Below are positions 56,505 through 64,000 of a DNA stretch of 64,000 bases, one piece after another. Under the pieces are notes generated by a model. It searched no databases, was not told the DNA's origin, and was given only the letters and a program-made list of their open reading frames with translations. A program made the position numbers and the translations under genes. Every line of letters begins with the position of its first letter. The first letter of the stretch is position 1. Source of the stretch: a virus (taxonomy: Duplodnaviria; Caudoviricetes); the IMG/VR virus record IMGVR_UViG_3300031998_000003, positions 64,001 through 128,000 of that record; one strand, written 5' to 3'.

Positions 56505-57128
56505 ATGAAAGACGAAATGAATGATATCATTCAGAAAAACATGATTTCAATGATCTCGGATATCGATATCAATCACGTTGATTACGATATCCGAATGTCG
56601 ATGATTGACTCCATGGTTAAGCTGATCGTTGACACCGTTGGTGATAATAGTCCGTCGAAAGAAGTTGTCAAATTTCTCGATCCGACCAAAGAATTTGACA
56701 TTATGAATATCGAAGCTGATATCAAAACCAGCAAGAGCAAACCTGAAAATGTAATCCTGAAGGAAGTATTGTGTTTGATGGAGCAGCTCGATCCCGCGCA
56801 ACGAACTGTCGTAATGCACTACCTCAAAACAATGTTTGTATATGATGCTAGTTTGCTGAAGGATCGCAATAGCTTTACTAAGCAATACAAGCCTATTGTA
56901 AGGGGTCTTAAAAAGTTTAAATGGGACTCCCCGTTTGTATGCCGTAAATGTAGACGGCTCTTTGACCTCGAAAAAGAGGTCGACATCATGTTTGACCTTG
57001 ACCGTCCAAGAAGATTCCCGGATTGTGATGAGACGTTGGTATATTCATTTATGTTTTCATTCACACCCATCAATCAATGGACGTGTGTCGAATGCTTTGA
57101 TCCTCATGAAGGTGAAGATGATGAATGA
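56505..57128 (+). CDS. Hypothetical Zn-ribbon protein
   Basis: Start MKDEMN after AAGGAGG; CRKC...CVEC. Confidence 0.65.
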   Translation: MKDEMNDIIQKNMISMISDIDINHVDYDIRMSMIDSMVKLIVDTVGDNSPSKEVVKFLDPTKEFDIMNIEADIKTSKSKPENVILKEVLCLMEQLDPAQRTVVMHYLKTMFVYDASLLKDRNSFTKQYKPIVRGLKKFKWDSPFVCRKCRRLFDLEKEVDIMFDLDRPRRFPDCDETLVYSFMFSFTPINQWTCVECFDPHEGEDDE

Positions 57129-57735
57129 TAGATCTGTCCTTTACGTAATATCACTACTATCGATATCATTAGTTATCGCAATATTCATATGTGGCTGTGA
57201 ATCAGCCCGGTGGAGACATCATGAGGAAAAGATAGCCACAACTACCACCACTACCGAGGAACCACTTGCAACGACAACTGAGGAAACGACAACAACAACA
57301 ACAACTACAACCACTACCACAAAGAAAACCACGACTACAACCACAACGACGACAACTGAGGAAACGACAACGACCACCACAACCGATATGAAGGACTCGT
57401 TGACATATCTCGGGTCCTTCATTGGAACCTACTTCAAGGGGGAAACGAATCCCTGTAATGGAGGTTCCGGACGAATTCTGATTCCATGTGATATCAAAGA
57501 TGATACTTACAAGGGATCAGTTGCCTCACAGTTCGTATTCAATCAATATGGTTACGAACGAAACGGAAAGACGATGATATACATTGAATTTCCCACCATC
57601 CCGGAAATGAATGGTTGGTACAGTGTTGATGATTATAACGCTGATCCATCCATAATTGATTTCTATTTCCCAGACTATTCTAAATGTCCGTGGGAAAATG
57701 ATGGTGTCATTGCGTGTAACGCATGGATTGGTTAA
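57121..57735 (+). CDS. Exported/membrane protein with Thr-rich linker and possible 3D-like domain
   Basis: Hydrophobic signal, poly-Thr linker, TY...SG...VA...YSVDD...IDFYF pattern. Confidence 0.65.
   Translation: MNDRSVLYVISLLSISLVIAIFICGCESARWRHHEEKIATTTTTTEEPLATTTEETTTTTTTTTTTTKKTTTTTTTTTTEETTTTTTTDMKDSLTYLGSFIGTYFKGETNPCNGGSGRILIPCDIKDDTYKGSVASQFVFNQYGYERNGKTMIYIEFPTIPEMNGWYSVDDYNADPSIIDFYFPDYSKCPWENDGVIACNAWIG
57238..57384 (+). repeat. (ACN)n low-complexity repeat encoding poly-Thr
   Basis: Runs of ACA/ACC/ACG/ACT; ACAACTGAGGAAACGACAAC occurs twice. Confidence 0.9.
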
Positions 57736-57925
57736 GGAGGTAAAACATGAAGACATCAACTGATGATGAAATTCGCGAAGAGGCTAAAGAACTTCGAAAC
57801 TCCAGACCGGAGTGCATGCCAACAAATGCTGAAATCGGCATGAACCTGATCAATCATCTGATTTCGCAAGGCGCACTGTCTACAAAACATCCGTTACCCC
57901 CGAAAAGCAAAAGGAGGCGAAAAAA

Positions 57926-58480
57926 TTGATTGATTACGACAGGTATCGCGAGTTCGTTCGTACGAACTGTACAGCTTCCGATGTTGTTAGAAAACGGGCA
58001 CGTGTCGGTGACATCATCGAACAGTTCGTACCGAAACTCGTTGAGAAGACAATCGAGTTCTACAATGCGACAGACGCTTACATGGAAGAAGACTGGAGTG
58101 ATCCGGATTGTCTGATGTTCACCATCGTTGCCGTAGACCACTTCGAACAAAACGGATACAGTATCGATGTTCAGTCGGTTGATGGTGTTCTGTATGATGA
58201 GACCGAAACTGATCAGCTGATCAAACTATCATTCATTGAGATTGAAGATGCTGGGCCGCGAGACAACTGGCATGATCACGACCTGTTGGAATGTGAAGAA
58301 ATCTATCTCGAGATCATGATTGAGGAAGATCGAATTTATGTGAATTCTTCCAACATCGGAGATGTGGATCCAAAAAAGTATCCGGCTATCACGAAAGATC
58401 TTAACCGTATTACACAATATTTTCAGATGATCACATCATTTGTGAATAGTAGTGTAATTATTATTACCGGAAAGGATTGA
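57926..58480 (+). CDS. Hypothetical acidic protein
   Basis: SD AGGAGG, TTG start. Confidence 0.65.
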   Translation: MIDYDRYREFVRTNCTASDVVRKRARVGDIIEQFVPKLVEKTIEFYNATDAYMEEDWSDPDCLMFTIVAVDHFEQNGYSIDVQSVDGVLYDETETDQLIKLSFIEIEDAGPRDNWHDHDLLECEEIYLEIMIEEDRIYVNSSNIGDVDPKKYPAITKDLNRITQYFQMITSFVNSSVIIITGKD

Positions 58481-58676
58481 TTTCATGAGATTGATATCAT
58501 TTACACATACCCATTGTCTGAAATCGAAAGAAGGGTATGGTCATCAATATGCAATAGTATTTGACGCTGTAGCATATGCATATCGGCATCGGAGATTGCT
58601 GAACGTATAAAGGCGTACATACAGCGAAAGCTATAATTACAGCACCCGGGAACAATACAATATTCCCGGGTGACAC

Positions 58677-58761
58677 GCTACTGTGGCGAAATTGGCATAC
58701 GCGTCAGATTTAGGTTCTGGTGTCGAAAGACATAGGGGTTCGACTCCCCTCAGTAGCACCA
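58677..58761 (+). tRNA. tRNA-Leu(TAG)
   Basis: GCTACTG/CAGTAGC-A-CCA; loop TTTAGGT; variable arm. Confidence 0.95.
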
Positions 58762-58909
58762 ATGGTCGAGTGCGGTTTTGACATTGCAAGGTGATGTCAT
58801 GTAATTCCTGCAGGTCGGCCACTCAATTGCGGTGGTGATGTATGGCATTCCATCATTATCGTGATTGATTTCCTGGTGGTTTGGTTACGCTCCTTCCACC
58901 AGGAGTTTC

Positions 58910-58983
58910 GGGCTCTTAGCTCAGTCGGTTAGAGCAGTAGACTCATAATCTATTGGTCCAGGGTTCGAGTCCCTGAGGGCCCA
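58910..58983 (+). tRNA. tRNA with CAT anticodon (Ile2-type more likely than Met)
   Basis: GGGCTCT/AGGGCCC-A; GTAGA-CTCATAA-TCTAT. Confidence 0.9.
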
Positions 58984-59044
58984 TTTAACATGAATATATT
59001 GTGAGGGGCTTAACGCCCCTCACAATATAATTTTTATGTATCTA

Positions 59045-59054
59045 CATATTATTA
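59045..59054 (+). promoter_or_regulatory. Putative early promoter CATATTATTA
   Basis: Motif variant after terminator 58996-59035. Confidence 0.5.
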
Positions 59055-59135
59055 TTACGAAGAAACCGGGTAGCAACGGTAAATATTGCTACACGCTGCC
59101 CACTGCATAAGTGTTGGGAGAATAGGAGTTTAATT

Positions 59136-59912
59136 ATGAAATTCACTGAAATTGTGGAAAAAGTTCTGCATGGCAGATCTGAATCGGTCAAATGGGATTA
59201 TCAACGTAAACACGTCACCTCTTCATGGGAAATCATTCCCAACGTCGATGAGGTGATTGGTGTTCGCCTGGTTATCACCAATGTAGGCGGTATGGATGGC
59301 GCTCGTGTTGGAGCGCTGATAAAACCGTTCTCTGATCTCCTTATGGAGATTCCAGATGATAAAGACACCATGGCTCGTCGTATCACTAATGGAAGAACAA
59401 CAGCGGCATTCTATAGTCCTGATCAAGATTGTATAGGTATGCTTCTTGATCCTATCAAGATTGTCACATCTTATATTAAAGCTCCGGATGGAGTTGACTT
59501 CACACGGTATTTCACCTGTGTGACAGAAAATGACAGCATCGTGATGTTGCCTTGGTATGTTGACAACGTCGACATCGATGAAGTCAAACGCGAAACCAAA
59601 GCGGCACTTAAACGCAACGGATATAAAGACATTCCTGATGATGCCAATATTTATGATGAGAAATTCATAAATGCATTCACCTCAACGATAGATGGATGTC
59701 TTGCATCTGGTATTATCGGTCATGAGGTGGATTCAAATATCACTCACAGCATCGAATTCAAAAATGAAAATACCGCGGTTGCAAAATGCAACGAGCATCC
59801 GTCTTCAGCAATCGATAACGCCGTCAAGCATGCAATGCTGTCTAACAGTTTGCTGCTTATCGATAACAATTGGGTTACATGGGCTGACGTTGATGAAGAG
59901 GTAAAAAGGTAA
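59136..59912 (+). CDS. Hypothetical protein
   Basis: SD AGGAG; 258 aa. Confidence 0.7.
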   Translation: MKFTEIVEKVLHGRSESVKWDYQRKHVTSSWEIIPNVDEVIGVRLVITNVGGMDGARVGALIKPFSDLLMEIPDDKDTMARRITNGRTTAAFYSPDQDCIGMLLDPIKIVTSYIKAPDGVDFTRYFTCVTENDSIVMLPWYVDNVDIDEVKRETKAALKRNGYKDIPDDANIYDEKFINAFTSTIDGCLASGIIGHEVDSNITHSIEFKNENTAVAKCNEHPSSAIDNAVKHAMLSNSLLLIDNNWVTWADVDEEVKR

Positions 59913-59924
59913 AGGGGGAAAATT

Positions 59925-60830
59925 ATGGTAGGAAAACAGACTGATCGCGAACATCTGAATGAACGTATAGCAGATCTTGAAAAGGTCATCGACATTTTGA
60001 TCGCGCTACGCGATCATCCCGAAATCGGGGAAAAGCAAATTTGTGATGAGAAAGGGATGTCTTTCACTCGCTATCGCAAATTGGCCTACGATACGGACTG
60101 GTTCGGTCCAACAAGATCGGTACATTCCGAAGAAACAACCGCAGAGAAGATGCGTAAGTTCAAGCCAACTCTGTCATGGTATCACAAGTTGTGGTGTGAA
60201 GTTATGGGTGTCGACTACCGTGATGTCACGGTATGTCCGACTGACATTGCTGAAACAATTGAATGGTTACTCGCTAACAAGCTCAATGAGCGCGAGGCAA
60301 AAGTGATTCGTCTCCGTTATGAAGACGGAATGATACTCATGGACATCGGCCATGAAATGGGAGTAACTGGAGACAGAATTGCACAGATTGAAGCCACAGC
60401 ATTTCGCAAGCTTAGATGTGCTAATGCTTGGATGCGTTTCGGTAGAAACCATTGGATCCCGATCCTGACGATTCAGAAAAATATTGAAGCCGACGCTGAG
60501 ATCTCCATAAAATATCGGGTTATGGCAGCATTGGATGACAGGATGCCTTCTCTGAGAAAGTATATCAGAGATGGTATTAAACTGGAAGAACAACAAAGAA
60601 CACAGATCGATCCGGACCTGTCGATTGACGATATGGATTTGTCGGTCAGAACATACAATTCCCTGAAACGCGGAGGAGTTCAAACTCTCGACGACCTCAG
60701 GCACATGACTGCGAGTGACCTTATGAAGATCCGCTGTCTTGGTGCCGGTGGTGTTTGTGAAATAAAAAACAAACTCGATGAATATGGTTTCAGCTTGCTT
60801 CCTGATAATGAAGATGACGATGACGAATAA
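59925..60830 (+). CDS. Sigma-70 region 4 / RNAP alpha-CTD fusion protein
   Basis: LNEREAKVIRLRY...IGHEMGVTGDRIAQIEATAFRKLR and IDDMDLSVRTYNSLKRGGV...LMKIRCLGAGGVCEI. Confidence 0.88.
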   Translation: MVGKQTDREHLNERIADLEKVIDILIALRDHPEIGEKQICDEKGMSFTRYRKLAYDTDWFGPTRSVHSEETTAEKMRKFKPTLSWYHKLWCEVMGVDYRDVTVCPTDIAETIEWLLANKLNEREAKVIRLRYEDGMILMDIGHEMGVTGDRIAQIEATAFRKLRCANAWMRFGRNHWIPILTIQKNIEADAEISIKYRVMAALDDRMPSLRKYIRDGIKLEEQQRTQIDPDLSIDDMDLSVRTYNSLKRGGVQTLDDLRHMTASDLMKIRCLGAGGVCEIKNKLDEYGFSLLPDNEDDDDE

Positions 60831-60870
60831 TTATTATTACAATCACACAATATGATATATTGTGTGATAT

Positions 60871-60963
60871 GGAGGTGTACTCAAGTCTGGCTGAAGAGTC
60901 TGGTCTTGAAAACCAGGAGGGCGTGAAAGCGTCGCAGGGGTTCGAATCCCTTCACCTCCGCCA
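60871..60963 (+). tRNA. tRNA-Ser(TGA)
   Basis: GGAGGTG/CACCTCC-G-CCA; CTGGT-CTTGAAA-ACCAG; long variable arm. Confidence 0.95.
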
Positions 60964-60969
60964 ATCTTT

Positions 60970-61097
60970 GTGGTGGTCTGTCTTGACGATATGTCGGTCC
61001 GTTTGCTCGAGCACGGGGTCTGATATATTCGTGACAAATTGAGGTAATAAACGATCGCTCGAGTGATCGCTAACATGGCAGTAGTCCTGACCATCAC
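60970..61097 (+). ncRNA. Structured RNA, ~128 nt
   Basis: GTGGTGGTC/GACCATCAC closing stem; two hairpins capped by C-TCGA-G. Confidence 0.6.
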
Positions 61098-61163
61098 CAA
61101 TCAGCTTATTGACAGCGTCAGTGTTGCCGGCTTTACATCTGGCGCTGATTAGATAAGGTGCTA

Positions 61164-61319
61164 GCATTCAGCATTGATGAGCGGGTTCCTATTGAGAGTT
61201 AAGTGTCTCCCGAATGGGATAAAGGCGCTTGGAGCTGGTTGGACTCAATTGTCCAATAAAAAGAAACTCCCCAAGATTCTAGAGTCGTAAGGATACCAGA
61301 CTGCCCCGCTAAAGAATGT
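61164..61319 (+). ncRNA. Structured RNA, ~155 nt
   Basis: CATTC/GAATG, AGCGGG/CCCGCT, CTTGG/CCAAG, TTGGAC/GTCCAA helices. Confidence 0.5.
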
Positions 61320-61335
61320 AAAAACGGTTCAATTT

Positions 61336-61406
61336 GCACGTGTAGTTCAATGGTAGAATACCAGCCTTCCAAGCTGGGTACGTGGGTTCGATTCCCATCA
61401 CGTGCT
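61336..61406 (+). tRNA. tRNA-Gly(TCC)
   Basis: GCACGTG/CACGTGC-T; CCAGC-CTTCCAA-GCTGG. Confidence 0.95.
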
Positions 61407-61408
61407 TA

Positions 61409-61486
61409 TGATAAACTTCCTTAATTGACCCAGTTCAGTTTGGACGGGGATTGCAGTTCTAATTACCGTCTGCAAGAAGTTTATCA
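61409..61486 (+). ncRNA. Structured RNA, ~78 nt
   Basis: TGATAAACTTC/GAAGTTTATCA 11-bp stem; TTGCAG/CTGCAA; GACGG/CCGTC. Confidence 0.55.
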
Positions 61487-61495
61487 GTTTCTTCA

Positions 61496-61643
61496 GGATA
61501 GGTGCGGCATAGTGTTGGTAACAGCACAGGCCAGTTTCTCGAGTTCTCTCTGCGTCTAATAAGACGCACGCTGCAGACTGGGTGTATGGGCTTTGAGAGC
61601 GTCGAAAGACGAAATGGACCCACATGCTCGAGAGCACCTATCC
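61496..61643 (+). ncRNA. Structured RNA, ~148 nt
   Basis: GGATAGGTGC/GCACCTATCC; GTGTTG-GTAA-CAGCAC; TCTCGAG/CTCGAGA; TGCGTCT/AGACGCA; CGTC-GAAA-GACG. Confidence 0.65.
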
Positions 61644-61649
61644 AGATAC

Positions 61650-61723
61650 TGGGGTATCGCCAAGGGGCAAGGCATCAGACTTTGACTCTGACATCGTAGG
61701 TTCGAATCCTGCTACCCCAACCA
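61650..61723 (+). tRNA. tRNA-Gln(TTG)
   Basis: TGGGGTA/TACCCCA-A-CCA; TCAGA-CTTTGAC-TCTGA. Confidence 0.95.
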
Positions 61724-61765
61724 TCGTGGATATCCACGACTTCACCTTCTTATTGTAGTGGATTT

Positions 61766-61806
61766 GGGGCGCCTTTCGGCGCCCCTCTTCCCTCATTTTT
61801 TTTTTT
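61766..61806. terminator. Terminator between convergent units
   Basis: GGGGCGCC-TTTC-GGCGCCCC plus T run. Confidence 0.8.
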
Positions 61807-61808
61807 GA

Positions 61809-64000
61809 TTAGATCTCATCCCAGGTGTTCGTATTCGGATTAAATACTTTCAATTTAGAACGTCCATCTGCAGGTTGTTCAACAACAAGCGTTCTGTAAG
61901 AAACATTGTCACCAAGTTCATTTAGGATTGAACTTTGATCAACCGGGATATTTGTTCCTCTGATGACTTGCATTCTGACAGGTTTCATTGTAGAATTTGT
62001 TGATGCGTTTTTGAATGAGAACGAATGGACTTGTGGGAATACGAGTTCCCATGCACCAATAGGTCCTTTATCGACTGATGGAATTGACATCGATGAATCA
62101 TTGTAGAAATACATGAAGTCTGGTTGTTGGTAAATCGGATTCTGATCTTCACCAGCACGCGCATATACTGGAGAATTTGTCAGAATATTCCAATTCAACA
62201 TACCAGCTGATTCATTATACAATGGAGTCATGTCAGTCACACGATGATTGTTTGCATCAAGTATCTCAATATCGTTCCATTTGAATGGTGTCCTGACAAC
62301 CTGTAGCTCACGAGTTTCTTCGTCGAGATAGTATGTCTCATGTACTGTTGCTAACGGATTGAAAGCCCACACCATAGGACCGATCAGTGGGGCATTCCAC
62401 ATGATCATTGTTCCAGAATTTGTGTGAACAAACTTCTTATTCACAAGATCATTATCTGGGAGATATGACAATGTGTCTGTCGTAAATAGATTGTTGAACG
62501 AACGTCTGATGATTCCGTATTTGAATGACTTGTTAGACGCAACATGCTCATTATCCCATTTCCAGAATATCGTCACATCGAAATAGTCTTTACCAGCCGC
62601 TTTCAATGCATCAATGACTCCCTGTTGCGATTTCGTTTCAGCAATCAGTGTGCCGAATTCACGACAATAGAGCTTATTGATATCGACTACTGTTCGTCCA
62701 CCCAGATTATTTGCCGGAAGCATTGCTGGTGTTGCAGTTGTATCAATAATGTTGATACATGATCCTGTCTGAAGAACCTTCAGTTTTGTTTCAGGACGTT
62801 CTGCTGCATACTGTTGGACTTGCAATTCTCTGACGGATGGTATCAGCGTGTTAACGAACGCATCTCTGACTGAAATACCGGATTCCGATGTCACATCAGA
62901 TTCATTTATCTCTGAGATTTGTTGCAGCGGTCGCCAGCCCAGATTATGAATTACATCATATTCATAGAACCAGATACCAGTCTTTTCTTTAACGAATGCA
63001 TACAAACCTTCAATGATTTTACCACGTCTCGGAAGCAATTCCTGATAGTCGTTGATGAATAATTTCACCTTCAAACCAGTTCCAACAGTCGTATCATTTG
63101 GAGATGTTCCATAAGTCTTGGTGTATCCGTTTTGAGCCGGATCCATATCAAAGTTTGCAATTGACATAAGCTGATCAGGTGGTGCGAGACCGACATCCGT
63201 TACGCCGCCATTATCGTTCACAGAAATGACGTGATATTCGAATGCACATCCACCAACTATGATTTGTCCTGATGATCCAACCTCGTAATGTTCTCCCATA
63301 CTCACAATACCATCCGAAGGAATGATCACATTTTCTGGATCAACCATTGCGTTCAGATTCTCGTAAGTTCTGAAATCATTGTACACGCTCATATCGACTG
63401 CCTTCAGATTTTCAACGGAGTCGAAAATGAATCTGTTTGATTGAACATATTTCGGTGTCAAACCTGGTTCCGTATAAATCGGGGTGTCAGTATTGTCACG
63501 ATGGATCGGACGAACCCATCTGTCACGAACACCGTTGTACAGGCGATACAAATCATTTTCTGTGAATGGTGCTTCTGTGCGAACGTATTTCTTATCAACA
63601 ACGGATACCGGTGCAATACCGTGGATGTTGGAAAGCTGAACGACAGATGTCGGGATGTCGCAAATACGTGCAATTGTACGAGCCGGTTTGGGTTGTTTCA
63701 ATTTCGCATTATTACGATATTCCAGATCATCGTTTGAAAGAACATACACACGACCGATTTCTTCGGTCGGAATGTCTGCAGCTGAACGAGGTGGTGTCAC
63801 TTCTTCGATGTAATCGAATTCGATACGAACTTTCAAACCGACACCTTTTGCATCTGTATAATGCGTGTATGGACTTGGATCAGGATTGTAACCACCATGA
63901 TCTTCCATTCCAGCATCAGGATCGGCACTGTTGCGCGCTTCGACAAGAAGCCATTCCGGATATCTGTAGGTTACCCACGCCGTACTGAGTGATTCACCCA
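61809..64000 (-). CDS. Large probable virion (tail/baseplate) protein, 5'-truncated by window edge
   Basis: At least 699 aa, frame open to 64000; beta-rich with GTGLKV-type motifs. Confidence 0.6.
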   Translation of the reverse strand, partial: GESLSTAWVTYRYPEWLLVEARNSADPDAGMEDHGGYNPDPSPYTHYTDAKGVGLKVRIEFDYIEEVTPPRSAADIPTEEIGRVYVLSNDDLEYRNNAKLKQPKPARTIARICDIPTSVVQLSNIHGIAPVSVVDKKYVRTEAPFTENDLYRLYNGVRDRWVRPIHRDNTDTPIYTEPGLTPKYVQSNRFIFDSVENLKAVDMSVYNDFRTYENLNAMVDPENVIIPSDGIVSMGEHYEVGSSGQIIVGGCAFEYHVISVNDNGGVTDVGLAPPDQLMSIANFDMDPAQNGYTKTYGTSPNDTTVGTGLKVKLFINDYQELLPRRGKIIEGLYAFVKEKTGIWFYEYDVIHNLGWRPLQQISEINESDVTSESGISVRDAFVNTLIPSVRELQVQQYAAERPETKLKVLQTGSCINIIDTTATPAMLPANNLGGRTVVDINKLYCREFGTLIAETKSQQGVIDALKAAGKDYFDVTIFWKWDNEHVASNKSFKYGIIRRSFNNLFTTDTLSYLPDNDLVNKKFVHTNSGTMIMWNAPLIGPMVWAFNPLATVHETYYLDEETRELQVVRTPFKWNDIEILDANNHRVTDMTPLYNESAGMLNWNILTNSPVYARAGEDQNPIYQQPDFMYFYNDSSMSIPSVDKGPIGAWELVFPQVHSFSFKNASTNSTMKPVRMQVIRGTNIPVDQSSILNELGDNVSYRTLVVEQPADGRSKLKVFNPNTNTWDEI

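Noticed and set aside
57238-57384. CRISPR array or regulatory repeat
   Set aside because: In-frame Thr codon run within a CDS; no repeat-spacer periodicity here or elsewhere in the window
61174-61615. Hammerhead-like cores (TTGATGAGCGGG...CCCGCTAAA; TGAGAGCGTCGAAAGACGAAA)
   Set aside because: Neither has an intact CUGANGA/GAAA core correctly flanking stem II
60843-61699. Short ORFs over the last tRNA island
   Set aside because: They overlap bona fide tRNAs
1-64000. Stop-codon reassignment
   Set aside because: Conserved genes are intact in code 11, TAA/TAG/TGA all terminate genes, and no suppressor tRNA was seen

Overview
This window is part of a jumbo phage genome of the phiKZ/AR9 type, which carries its own multisubunit RNA polymerase. 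It uses the standard genetic code. The host is most likely a spore-forming Firmicute (inference from a SpoIIID homolog, Firmicute-style SD sites and a Thr-rich linker protein). Layout: (i) 1-2716, a phage RNAP beta' subunit (NADFDGD) and its upstream partner. (ii) 2764-32579, minus strand, an accessory/early region with RecA/UvsX, ThyX, NADAR, an SbcD-like nuclease, SpoIIID, a metallophosphoesterase and an NAD-dependent ligase. It also holds two hidden protein families: a recurring ~90-aa beta-rich domain and a basic N-terminal leader. (iii) 32630-43428, minus strand, probable virion/ejected proteins punctuated by xQE motifs, including a ~1120-aa polyvalent effector (DUF6582, papain-fold, GNAT, ART-like, transglutaminase-like). 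(iv) 43476-60830, plus strand, with primase, dCMP deaminase, a multi-NUMOD4/HNH protein and a sigma4-alphaCTD fusion. (v) Four tRNA islands (50.1-50.6, 51.3-53.15, 58.6-59.0, 60.9-61.8 kb). (vi) A 5'-truncated structural gene at the right end. The best candidate for an undescribed system is the tRNA islands. Nearly all space between about 9 canonical tRNAs is filled with self-closing structured RNAs: at least six tRNA-like RNAs that keep the T arm (five also keep a D arm) but have a replaced or abnormal anticodon arm, a ~410-nt multi-pseudoknot RNA containing a 23S-rRNA-like hairpin, and 8-10 further 75-170-nt RNAs. All assignments were made by eye from motifs and base-pairing; no searches or folding programs were run.
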